This document shows positions 7,893-16,565 of a DNA stretch of 40,436 nucleotides, piece by piece. The translations under genes were made by a program, and so were the position numbers. Each line of letters starts with the position of its first letter. Within the stretch, counting starts at the first letter, position 1. The notes under the pieces were generated by a model. The model was not told where the DNA came from and made no database searches. It worked only from the letters and a program-made list of their open reading frames with translations. Source of the stretch: Candidatus Omnitrophota bacterium (GTDB taxonomy: Bacteria > Omnitrophota > Gorgyraeia > Gygaellales > JAHJCI01); assembly GCA_016783355.1 (NCBI GenBank), contig JADHWR010000002.1, positions 1 to 40,436 of the forward strand, read 5' to 3'.

Positions 7893-8948
7893 ATGAATAT
7901 TCTCATTCTTACCAATCGTTTAACCATCGGTGGAATTACACGCTATGTTTTAGATCTAAAATCTGGTTTAAAAAAGAGAGGACACCGGGTTTTCATTGCC
8001 TGTATCAAAGGAGATCTAGAGCTCCCCTTAAAGACCAAATCAATATTTAGCCCTCAGATTCTTAGTTCTTATTTTATATTAAAGAGATTCATCAAAAAAG
8101 AGGGGATTCAGATTATTCATGCCCAGGTGCGCACGACGCAATTCCTTGCTTTCCTTCTCTGCAAGACACTAAAAATTCCCTATGTTTGCACATTTCATGG
8201 ATTTTATCGTCCGCATTTTTTCCGAAAGAAATTACCTTGTTTGGGAGACTTAACCATTGCTGTAAGTCAGGCAGTAGGCAGGCATCTGATCAATGATTTT
8301 AATTTAGACAAAGAGAACTTACGCGTGATTTATAATGGGATAGAGCCCCATCTTGGCAGCCGGCCGGATAAGGATTACAGTTATCTTAAAGGGAAGCCTT
8401 CATTGGGCATTATTGCCCGACTTGCCCAAGAGAAAGGGCACATCTACTTGTTTTCTGCCTTTAAGGCTTTGCTTGGCGATTATCCCTGCGCAAGGCTTTT
8501 GGTCGTCGGTAAAGGCAAAAAGGAATTAGAGCTTAAGGAGTGGGTTGAGAGGGAATCTTTAAGTGAGAAAATAATCTTTTTGGAAGAGATTGAACATCTC
8601 TTCTCTATTTTTAATATTTTAGATATTTCAATCTTACCCTCTCTTTTTGAAGGATTTGGATTTTCTCTGATTGAGGCAATGGCTTGCGGTGTGCCGGTTG
8701 TGGCAAGCGCGGTTGGCGGGATTGGTGAGATTATTAAAGATAAAGAGACCGGCTTATTAGTTGAGCCGGCAAATAGCGAAGCACTCTATAAAGCAATAAA
8801 ACTGCTTTTAGAGGATAATAAATTGAGGTTGCAGATAATCGAGAATGCAGGGAGAGAGATTAAAGAGAGATTTTCTTTAGAGAGAGAGATTCGTGAGATT
8901 GAAAAGGTATATTATGCAGCAATTCAGAAATACGAAGACCTTTATTAA
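7893..8948 (+). CDS. GT4-family glycosyltransferase
   Basis: 351 aa. N-terminal MNILILTNRLTIGGITRYV and the GT4 motif FEGFGFSLIEAMACGVPVVASAVGGIGEII. Confidence 0.85.
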   Translation: MNILILTNRLTIGGITRYVLDLKSGLKKRGHRVFIACIKGDLELPLKTKSIFSPQILSSYFILKRFIKKEGIQIIHAQVRTTQFLAFLLCKTLKIPYVCTFHGFYRPHFFRKKLPCLGDLTIAVSQAVGRHLINDFNLDKENLRVIYNGIEPHLGSRPDKDYSYLKGKPSLGIIARLAQEKGHIYLFSAFKALLGDYPCARLLVVGKGKKELELKEWVERESLSEKIIFLEEIEHLFSIFNILDISILPSLFEGFGFSLIEAMACGVPVVASAVGGIGEIIKDKETGLLVEPANSEALYKAIKLLLEDNKLRLQIIENAGREIKERFSLEREIREIEKVYYAAIQKYEDLY

Positions 8949-9714
8949 AAAAAGACTGGGCATATTCTGCTTAGTGATCGGGATTTTAACAGCAGGTTCT
9001 TTTGGTTTTTATTTCTTTTTTCAGGTAAATTATTACCCACCGATTTTAACATATCACCACATCAATGAGCAAGAGACGCCACTCTCTGTTTCTCTGGAGA
9101 ATTTTATAAGACAGATGGATTTTATTAAAAGACACAATTATCAAGTAATTTCTTTTGAGGATTTATGTCTTTTGTTGAAAAAAAAAGAGAAGTTACCCCA
9201 CAATTTAGTCGTTATTACGTTTGATGATGGAAATTTTGATAATCTCTTCGCGGCAAGAATTCTTAAAAAATATGATTTTCCTGCCACATTTTTTATTGTT
9301 ATTAATTGGATTAACAAGAGAGGTTTTTTAACGCGCAAGGATTTGACGTGGATTGAAAAAAATAGCCGTATTAGTTTTGGCTCACATACACTTAAACATA
9401 GTTATCTGCCGTCGTTAAGCGGCGCACAATTATCCGAGGCGATTATCGGCTCAAAGAGAAAAGCAAAAGAGATTTTTGGGTTGGAATTGAATTCTTTGGC
9501 TTATCCTATCGGCGGATTTAACGAGGAAACTTTAAGAATAGTAAAGAGAGCAGGTTATCTTTGCGCCTGCACGACAAATCGTGGTTTTAGCCGGGAGTTG
9601 GATTTATACGCTTTAAAAAGAATAAGGGTAAACAACCGAGATTTAGGGTTTCGCCTTTGGGCGAAATTAAGCGGCTTTTATGATCTATTGCGCCGTTTAA
9701 AAAAACCTTATTAA
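8893..9714 (+). CDS. Polysaccharide deacetylase (NodB homology domain) with N-terminal membrane anchor
   Basis: 273 aa. TM segment LGIFCLVIGILTAGSFGFYFFF, and NodB motifs VITFDDGNFDN and HTLKHSYL. The start could be the second ATG at 8914. Confidence 0.8.
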   Translation: MRLKRYIMQQFRNTKTFIKKRLGIFCLVIGILTAGSFGFYFFFQVNYYPPILTYHHINEQETPLSVSLENFIRQMDFIKRHNYQVISFEDLCLLLKKKEKLPHNLVVITFDDGNFDNLFAARILKKYDFPATFFIVINWINKRGFLTRKDLTWIEKNSRISFGSHTLKHSYLPSLSGAQLSEAIIGSKRKAKEIFGLELNSLAYPIGGFNEETLRIVKRAGYLCACTTNRGFSRELDLYALKRIRVNNRDLGFRLWAKLSGFYDLLRRLKKPY

Positions 9715-9718
9715 TTAG

Positions 9719-10735
9719 ATGCAGAGAATTCTGATCGTGAATCTAAACTGGTTGGGGGATGCGCTATTTTCCACGCCATTCTTGCGCGCTATAAAAGAGA
9801 ACCTGCCCTCTTCGTACTTGGCAGTTCTGGGTGTTCTGCGCATAAAGGAGATTTTAGAAACAAACCCATACCTTGATCAATTGATCCTCTTTGATGAACG
9901 CGGCAGAGACAAAGGTCTATTTTCCCGCATTAGGTTGATTAAGAGAATTAAAAAAAAGCAGTTCGATACCGTCTTTATACTTAAACCGTCGCTTTCCCGC
10001 ACCTTAATGCTTAAGTTGACAGGGATAAAGGAGTTTATTGGCTTTGATAATTGCAAAAGCGGGTGGCTGCTTACAAAGAGAATACCAAAGCCTAAGAAGA
10101 GCATGCATTTGATCGATTATTTTTTGACAATTCCAGAGCATTCAGGACTTACTATAAAAAAGCGAGTATACGAGTTCTTTCCATCAGTAGAAGATGAGGG
10201 GTATGTTGAGAGTCTTTATTCTCAAAACAAGATTGACTTTCTCCTTCCTTCCATAATCATAAACCCCGGGGCAAACTGGATACCCAAAAGGTGGCCAAAG
10301 GAATTTTGGTCCGGCTTAATTGCTAAGATCAAAGAAAGTCTTAATGTAAATATAATCGTAACCGGCGCAGAGAAAGATAAGGCAATGGCCGCAGAAATAA
10401 TTGAGAGGGGAAAGACTCCTGTTTTTAATCTAACGGGTGAGACCACGCTGCGGCAATTGGGCGCATTGATGAAAAGGGCTAGATTGGTTATCTCGGCTGA
10501 CTCAGGGCCGATGCATATTGCTGCCAGCGTTGGCACAAAGGTTATTGCTCTCTTTGGACCAACAAGTCCGAGTATTACCGGACCGTATCCTTTAGAGCAG
10601 CATATCATTATCCAGAAAGATGTTGGTTGTCCCATTCCTTGTTATAATTCAGATTGCAGAGATTTTCGCTGTATGAAAGCAATCAGCGTAGAAGAAGTAT
10701 TCAGGCAGGTAAAGCAGCTAATTCTATATGATTAA
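9719..10735 (+). CDS. GT9-family (heptosyltransferase-like) glycosyltransferase
   Basis: 338 aa. RILIVNLNWLGDALFSTPFLRAIK and SADSGPMHIAASVGTKVIALFGPTSP, with a C-terminal four-Cys motif. Confidence 0.85.
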   Translation: MQRILIVNLNWLGDALFSTPFLRAIKENLPSSYLAVLGVLRIKEILETNPYLDQLILFDERGRDKGLFSRIRLIKRIKKKQFDTVFILKPSLSRTLMLKLTGIKEFIGFDNCKSGWLLTKRIPKPKKSMHLIDYFLTIPEHSGLTIKKRVYEFFPSVEDEGYVESLYSQNKIDFLLPSIIINPGANWIPKRWPKEFWSGLIAKIKESLNVNIIVTGAEKDKAMAAEIIERGKTPVFNLTGETTLRQLGALMKRARLVISADSGPMHIAASVGTKVIALFGPTSPSITGPYPLEQHIIIQKDVGCPIPCYNSDCRDFRCMKAISVEEVFRQVKQLILYD

Positions 10736-12815
10736 GAAAATTTTATTTATTACTCCGACAAATTTAGGCGATGTAATATTGACTCTGCCTGCTTTGGATG
10801 TGCTGCGTGCAAATTTTCCTCAAGCAAAGATTACAGTGATGACGGGCCTGCCGGCAAAGGAGATTTTTGAAGGCAATCCGTCCTTCGAGTTGATTATCTA
10901 CAACAAATACAAAACAAAAAAACAAAAGACTGAATTATTCTTTGTGTTTTTGAAGAAACGCTTTGATGTGGTAATTGATTTGCGAAATACATTATATGGA
11001 GTACTTCTTCCTGCCAGGTATAAAACCTCGCCCTTTTTACGTACACCTCCAAAAATCACTCAGATGCATCAGCGCAATCTCTATAAAGTAGAGAAGGCTT
11101 TAAGGGGTATTGACCTTTCGATGGCTCCTTGCGAAAAATCTCTCTATATTAGCGCAAAAGATACAGATTACATCGAGCATCTTCTAAATAGGGAAGGGGT
11201 TTGTGATTCTGGCGCGGGGTTTATTGCTGTCGTTCCTTTTGCTAAGGGGCCAACGCGAAGATGGGCAAGAGAAAAGTTTATGCAGGTTTGTAAGGAGTTA
11301 AGCTGCCAATATAAAATAATTCTTATTGGAAGAGAAACAGATAGATGCATTACTCAATTTATCAAAGAGAATTGTTTAAGGAATGTTTTTGATTTTGCCG
11401 GATTGACAAATATTACTCAGCTTGCCTGTTTGTTAAAAAAGGCATCTTTAGTGATTTGTCTGGATACAGGTATTTTGCATCTGGCCAGTTATATGGAGAC
11501 GAGGATTTTGGCTATTTTTGGTCCGAGCAAGGAGGAGAAATATGGACCATGGCGAGAGGGTTCTCTTGTAGTTTCTCGTCAGATTAGGTGTCGGCCATGC
11601 GCAAGGCCTCATTGTCGATTTAATAGTGTGCAGTGTATGCAGTTAATAAAGCCAGAGGATGTGATTAATCGGGCAAAGCAGATGTTGCAGATGTTAACCG
11701 GCCAATCGCAAGTCGCCAATCGCCAATCGCCAATTTTTGAGAGGATTCTTATTATTAGAACCGACCGTCTTGGCGACGTATTATTATCCACGCCTGTAAT
11801 TAAAGCCTTCAGAGATAGCGAGTCAAATGCTTATATCGCAATGATGGTAAGAAAGGAAACCGCAGATATTGTTCTGGGCAATCCTTATCTGGACCAGGTT
11901 TTAATCTACGATAAATACGGAATTCATAAATCTTGGTGGGGGACACTTAAGTTTGCACTGATGCTAAGAAAAGAAAGATTTAACCTGGCCATTATTCTTC
12001 ATCCTACTAATCGTGCGCATCTGGTTGCCTTTTTTGCGCAGATACCTCGCCGGATAGGCTATCATAGAAAACTCGGTTTTTTACTTACGGATAGAATAAA
12101 GCACACAAAAGAAGAAGGCAGAAAACATGAATTAGAATATAATTTAGACCTTGTAAGATACTTAAACATAGAGCCCAAGGATAAAAGCCTCTTGATGCCC
12201 ATCAGGCCAGATTCAGAAAAACGGGTCCAGGCTCTATTTAAGCAATATAATTTAACTAGAGAGGATACCGAAGTCTCGGCATACCGAGGAGAAACTTCGA
12301 AGAAACGCTACATTCGGCATAAGATTGTAGTTATCAATCCAGCAGCAAGCTGTCCTTCAAAGATGTGGCCACGAGAGAGATTTGCCCATATTGCCGACAG
12401 GCTTATTGAAGATTATCATGTCAAAATTATTATTATTACCGGCCCGGGAGAGGAGGCAATCTCAAAAGAGGTTGCGAAAGAGATGAGATGTCCGGCTATA
12501 GATTTAGGCGGTAAAACCTCAGTGAGCGTGCTTGCCAGCTTACTTAAGCGTGCAAGCCTTTTGATTTCAACTGACTCTGGGCCGATGCATATTGCTGCCG
12601 CATTAGGCGTTTCCGTTCTTGCCATATTTGGCCGGGCACAACCAGGATTAAGTCCGCGGCGTTGGGGCCCAGTCGGGGAAAACACGCACATCCTTCATAA
12701 AGACGTAGGCTGCAAAAGCTGCCTTGCCCATAATTGCACGAAAGGCTTTGCTTGCCTCAAGGCAATCAGCGAAAATGAGGTATTTGATTGTGTTGACCAG
12801 TTAATGAAATCCTGA
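10728..12815 (+). CDS. Tandem GT9-GT9 fusion protein (two heptosyltransferase-like domains)
   Basis: 695 aa. Domain 1 starts at KILFITPTNLGDVILTLPALDVL and domain 2 at RILIIRTDRLGDVLLSTPVIKAF, with STDSGPMHIAAALGVSVLAIFG. The domains are joined by a linker encoded by a heptad repeat. Confidence 0.85.
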   Translation: MIKKILFITPTNLGDVILTLPALDVLRANFPQAKITVMTGLPAKEIFEGNPSFELIIYNKYKTKKQKTELFFVFLKKRFDVVIDLRNTLYGVLLPARYKTSPFLRTPPKITQMHQRNLYKVEKALRGIDLSMAPCEKSLYISAKDTDYIEHLLNREGVCDSGAGFIAVVPFAKGPTRRWAREKFMQVCKELSCQYKIILIGRETDRCITQFIKENCLRNVFDFAGLTNITQLACLLKKASLVICLDTGILHLASYMETRILAIFGPSKEEKYGPWREGSLVVSRQIRCRPCARPHCRFNSVQCMQLIKPEDVINRAKQMLQMLTGQSQVANRQSPIFERILIIRTDRLGDVLLSTPVIKAFRDSESNAYIAMMVRKETADIVLGNPYLDQVLIYDKYGIHKSWWGTLKFALMLRKERFNLAIILHPTNRAHLVAFFAQIPRRIGYHRKLGFLLTDRIKHTKEEGRKHELEYNLDLVRYLNIEPKDKSLLMPIRPDSEKRVQALFKQYNLTREDTEVSAYRGETSKKRYIRHKIVVINPAASCPSKMWPRERFAHIADRLIEDYHVKIIIITGPGEEAISKEVAKEMRCPAIDLGGKTSVSVLASLLKRASLLISTDSGPMHIAAALGVSVLAIFGRAQPGLSPRRWGPVGENTHILHKDVGCKSCLAHNCTKGFACLKAISENEVFDCVDQLMKS
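11701..11735. repeat. Heptanucleotide tandem repeat (gccaatc-type x5) at the GT9-GT9 domain junction, in frame
   Basis: Units are gccaatc, gcaagtc, gccaatc, gccaatc, gccaatt. It encodes the inter-domain linker (G)QSQVANRQSPI. Confidence 0.9.
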
Positions 12816-12858
12816 TATAATAAAAAGTTAATTTAATAACTTAGAGAGGCGAAGTCTA

Positions 12859-13776
12859 ATGAAGATATTAGTAACAGGTGCCTTTGGCTTTATTGGTTCA
12901 AATGTAGTACGGCTTTTGGAAGAGCGTAGTATAGATGTTATCCTTTTGGACAGTTTTTATTCAAGCAATTTTGAGAACCTCTCCCATTTTAAGGGAGATT
13001 TTATCCCTGGTGATATTAGGGAGCCGGATATCTTTAAGAAATTGCCGAAGGTTGAGGCAATTATTCATGAGGCAGCAGTTACTGATACGACCTTAGAAGA
13101 TGATTCCTTAATGCTCGGCGTTAATTTTGCGGGCTTCAGAAATGTATTAACTTATTGCCAGAGGAGAAGAATAAAATTAGTCTATGCCTCTTCCGCAGGT
13201 GTATACGGTGATCTGGCGATGGCAGCAAGGGAGGAGCAGGCCCCTAAGCCTTTGAATGCCTACGCCTTTTCAAAGCATCTTTGTGACCGCGAGATTTTGA
13301 AGCTAGCCCAGAAAGGAAAAAGACTTCCTTTTGTCGGTTTAAGGTATTTTAATGTTTATGGACAGGGTGAGGCGCATAAAGCCAAGGCAGCGAGTATGAT
13401 TTATCAGCTGTATTTGCAGATGAAGGAGGGAGGCAGCCCGCGTATATTTAAATATGGCGAGCAAAAAAGAGATTTTATTTATGTTAAGGATGTAGCCCAG
13501 ATAACCGTAAAGGCATTAGAATTAAATCAGCCAACAATTTTAAATGTGGGCACAGGCAAAGCGCGAAGTTTTAACGAGATAATTAAGATACTCAATAAAA
13601 ATCTAAATACAGATTTAAAACCAGATTATTTTGACAATCCCTATCAAGGCTTATATCAGGATGAAACCGAGGCAGATATAAATAATTTGAAAAAGACCCT
13701 CAAGATAGAAGCCCATTATTCTTTAGAAGAAGGGATAAAAGACTATATAGCGCAACTATCTGAGGGACGTGTATAA
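12859..13776 (+). CDS. hldD: ADP-L-glycero-D-manno-heptose 6-epimerase
   Basis: 305 aa SDR. VTGAFGFIGSN, YAFSKHL (YxxxK), LRYFNVYG, KRDFIYVKDVA and NVGTGKARSFNEI align well with E. coli HldD/RfaD as recalled. Confidence 0.85.
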   Translation: MKILVTGAFGFIGSNVVRLLEERSIDVILLDSFYSSNFENLSHFKGDFIPGDIREPDIFKKLPKVEAIIHEAAVTDTTLEDDSLMLGVNFAGFRNVLTYCQRRRIKLVYASSAGVYGDLAMAAREEQAPKPLNAYAFSKHLCDREILKLAQKGKRLPFVGLRYFNVYGQGEAHKAKAASMIYQLYLQMKEGGSPRIFKYGEQKRDFIYVKDVAQITVKALELNQPTILNVGTGKARSFNEIIKILNKNLNTDLKPDYFDNPYQGLYQDETEADINNLKKTLKIEAHYSLEEGIKDYIAQLSEGRV

Positions 13777-13804
13777 TTCGAGATAGAATGGAAGTTTTTA
13801 TGGA

Positions 13805-13936
13805 CAGCGCATTAGAAATCCTTCGGCAGGTGTCTGCAAGGAATTACGAGGAGTGAATGACGGAACTGACCGTAAGGGAATTCCGTCAAATGAACGAGTT
13901 GTAAATCGTAGCAGACGGCGAAAGATTTCAGCGCTG
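13805..13936. other. Candidate structured RNA or leader between hldD and the heptose kinase (nested helices)
   Basis: Outer helix cagcgc (13805-13810) with gcgctg (13931-13936). Next helix gaaatc (13815-13820) with gatttc (13924-13929). Internal hairpins are tcctt-cg-gcag-gtgt-ctgc-aagga and gacggaa-N15-ttccgtc. All helices are Watson-Crick, so the strand is undetermined. Confidence 0.35.
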
Positions 13937-14002
13937 GGAATAAAAATTTTCATTCTGTTAATAGTATAGAGATATGCACACTGTTCAACTATCTCATAGT
14001 CG

Positions 14003-15019
14003 GTGATGAGAAAATTAACTGATATAATTAATAGATTTTCCAAGGCAAGGGTTTTGGTTTTGGGAGACCTGATTCTGGATCAGTATATTTGGGGGGATGT
14101 CGAGAGGATTTCTCCAGAAGCACCTATTCCTGTGGTTTGGGCAAAGAGGCAGACTCATGTTCCTGGTGGCGCAGCTAATGTAGCAAGCAATATTCGCAGC
14201 CTTGGTGCAAAGGTCGGCATTTGCGGAGTTGTGGGCAATGACCATAATAGCCGTATCTTATTGCAAGAATTAAAAAAAGCAAAGATTAACACCGCCGGAG
14301 TATTTTCTGAGCAACGCTACACCACAGTTAAAACGCGTATCGTTGCCGGGCACCAGCAGGTAGTTCGCCTTGATTGGGAGCACACCCATCCATTAAATAA
14401 TTTAGAGAACAAGAGGTTGTTTAATTTTATTAAGAAAAATCTAGATAAATTTGATGTTTTGATTGTTGAGGATTACGGGAAAGGGGTGATTAATCCTTCG
14501 CTCTTAAAGCAAATAATTAAGCTGGTAAAGGCAAGGCGTAAAATTATCACTGTTGACCCCAAAGAGGAGCATTTTCAATACTACGAGAAGGTAAGTGCAA
14601 TTACCCCTAATCGTAAAGAAACAGAGTGCGCCCTGCGCTATCTCAAAATCAGAGACAGAACAAATTCGTTTAAGATAAATACAGACCGCTTATTGACAGA
14701 CAAAGAACTAAACCAAGCAGGAAAGGCATTATTAAAACACTTGAAGCTCGATTGTCTCTTAATCACCATGGGCGAGAAAGGAATGCAGCTTTTTGAAGCA
14801 GATAAGATTACACGTATACCAACAGTTGCGGTTGAGGTTTTTGACGTTTCAGGAGCAGGGGATACGGTGATTGCTACCTTTAGCCTGGCTTTGGCCAGTG
14901 GAGCATCGAGATTAGAAGCAGCGCATCTGGCTAATTTTGCTGCTGGAATAGTGGTGGGTAAAATTGGCACAGCCACTGCCTCCAAAGAAGAGCTATTGGA
15001 TAGAATAGGAAGTGTGTGA
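14003..15019 (+). CDS. hldA: D-glycero-beta-D-manno-heptose-7-phosphate kinase (HldE domain I / HldA-like, PfkB family); kinase domain only
   Basis: 338 aa. VLVLGDLILDQYIWGDVERISPEAPIPV and the PfkB motif DVSGAGDTVIATF. There is no cytidylyltransferase-like C-domain. GTG 14003 or ATG 14006 could be the start. Confidence 0.8.
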   Translation: MMRKLTDIINRFSKARVLVLGDLILDQYIWGDVERISPEAPIPVVWAKRQTHVPGGAANVASNIRSLGAKVGICGVVGNDHNSRILLQELKKAKINTAGVFSEQRYTTVKTRIVAGHQQVVRLDWEHTHPLNNLENKRLFNFIKKNLDKFDVLIVEDYGKGVINPSLLKQIIKLVKARRKIITVDPKEEHFQYYEKVSAITPNRKETECALRYLKIRDRTNSFKINTDRLLTDKELNQAGKALLKHLKLDCLLITMGEKGMQLFEADKITRIPTVAVEVFDVSGAGDTVIATFSLALASGASRLEAAHLANFAAGIVVGKIGTATASKEELLDRIGSV

Positions 15020-15772
15020 ATGGATGCGATTGGTATAATACCCGCAAGATATGACTCACATCGCTTTCCGGGCAAGGTATTAGCAGAAATTGCCGGCAAA
15101 CCGATGGTCATTTATGTCTGGGAGCAGGTAAAGAGGGCTCTGCTTTTAGATGATGTTATTATTGCCTGCGACAACAAAGATGTTTTTGCTATTGTCCAGG
15201 ATTTTGGTGCAAAGGCAATAATGACAGCAAAGGAACACCTTTCCGGTACAGACAGGATTGCCGAGGTTATTGCTCCAATTGACGTGAAGGTAATCGTAAA
15301 TATCCAGGCGGACGAGCCATTAATAAAGCCTTTGATGATTGATAGCCTCGTTGAAACATTATTAAGAGATGAGTCTGTTTATATGGCAACATTGATGAGG
15401 AAGATAAAAGACCCAAAAGATATTAGCGACCCTAATGTTGTTAAGGTTGTCATTGATAAAAACAACTTCGCGCTTTATTTTTCACGTGCACCCATTCCAT
15501 ATTTTGCTTCAGAGGTCAGCATCGAAGATATCTGTTATAAACATATTGGCCTTTATGCTTATACAAAGGACTTCCTTTTTACTTATAAAAACATTCCTCA
15601 ATCGGGCCTGGAGAGCATTGAGAAACTTGAGCAGCTGCGTGTTTTAGAGGACGGACTGAAGATAAAATTGATTGAGACAGAGTTTGATACTATTGGCGTG
15701 GATACGTCTGAGGATTTAGAACGGGTGCGCCAGATTCTGGCAGATGGCAATGCACGAGATACGGCTGGGTAA
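15020..15772 (+). CDS. kdsB: 3-deoxy-manno-octulosonate cytidylyltransferase (CMP-Kdo synthetase)
   Basis: 250 aa. IIPARYDSHRFPGK, NIQADEPL and HIGLYAY. Confidence 0.9.
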   Translation: MDAIGIIPARYDSHRFPGKVLAEIAGKPMVIYVWEQVKRALLLDDVIIACDNKDVFAIVQDFGAKAIMTAKEHLSGTDRIAEVIAPIDVKVIVNIQADEPLIKPLMIDSLVETLLRDESVYMATLMRKIKDPKDISDPNVVKVVIDKNNFALYFSRAPIPYFASEVSIEDICYKHIGLYAYTKDFLFTYKNIPQSGLESIEKLEQLRVLEDGLKIKLIETEFDTIGVDTSEDLERVRQILADGNARDTAG

Positions 15773-16565
15773 AATAGAAATAGGTAATGGAAAACCCCTC
15801 ATTTTGATTGCTGGCCCTTGTGTCATTGAGTCAGAGGAATTCTGTTTGTCTGTGGCAAGGGAATTAAAACTTATATGTTCACAGCTTTCGATTCCTCTTA
15901 TCTTTAAGTCAAGTTACGATAAGGCAAATCGCACCTCAGTTGATTCCTTTCGTGGACCAGGACTAAAGTCAGGATTAAAAATCCTAAAAAGGGTAAGGGA
16001 TGAGCTGGGGCTGCCTTTACTTTCTGATGTGCATTCTCAGCAAGAGATAGAGGAAGCAGCTTCTATTTTGGATGTTATTCAAATCCCGGCATTTTTGTGT
16101 CGCCAGACCGACATCGTTGTTACGGCTGCCAAGACAGGCAAGATGATTAATATAAAAAAAGGTCAGTTCCTGGCGCCGCAGGATGTTTTACCAATAATCA
16201 AAAAGATAGAATCAACAGGAAATAAAAATATTTTAATTACTGAACGGGGTGTGTCTTTCGGTTACAATAATCTAATATCTGATTTACGCGCCTTAGGAAT
16301 AATGCGTGATTTTGATTATCCTGTTATTTATGATGCTACACACAGTGTGCAGTTACCTTCAGGAGAGGGGACCACTTCAGGGGGAGAGCGCCGGTTTGTT
16401 CCGGGATTGTCTCGGGCAGCGGTTGCCTTTGGCTGTGATGGATTATTTATTGAGGTCCATCCCGATCCGGATCAGGCACTCTGCGATGGCCCGAATATGA
16501 TTAATCTGAAGCAATTGCGGCAATTGCTTGAGCAGATTAAAAAGATAGAGAAGACATTGAGATGA
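15744..16565 (+). CDS. kdsA: 2-dehydro-3-deoxyphosphooctonate aldolase (Kdo-8-P synthase)
   Basis: 273 aa. LIAGPCVIES, FKSSYDKANRTS and YDATHSVQLP. Confidence 0.9.
   Translation: MAMHEIRLGKIEIGNGKPLILIAGPCVIESEEFCLSVARELKLICSQLSIPLIFKSSYDKANRTSVDSFRGPGLKSGLKILKRVRDELGLPLLSDVHSQQEIEEAASILDVIQIPAFLCRQTDIVVTAAKTGKMINIKKGQFLAPQDVLPIIKKIESTGNKNILITERGVSFGYNNLISDLRALGIMRDFDYPVIYDATHSVQLPSGEGTTSGGERRFVPGLSRAAVAFGCDGLFIEVHPDPDQALCDGPNMINLKQLRQLLEQIKKIEKTLR

Noticed and set aside
13798-14043. Minus-strand 81-aa ORF in the hldD / heptose-kinase spacer
   Set aside because: It overlaps the kinase start, has no motifs, and would be the only minus-strand gene in 40 kb. The region is better explained by the nested-helix element.
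3649-15111. Longer antisense ORFs nested in + strand genes (for example 3649-4011, 10222-10635, 12416-12691, 14638-15111)
   Set aside because: Each lies fully inside a + strand CDS with clear family motifs. They are shadow ORFs with low-complexity translations. The same applies to the other minus-strand and alternate-frame ORFs in the track (15435-15647, 16306-16500, 16537-16839, 30649-30888, 34297-34521 and others).
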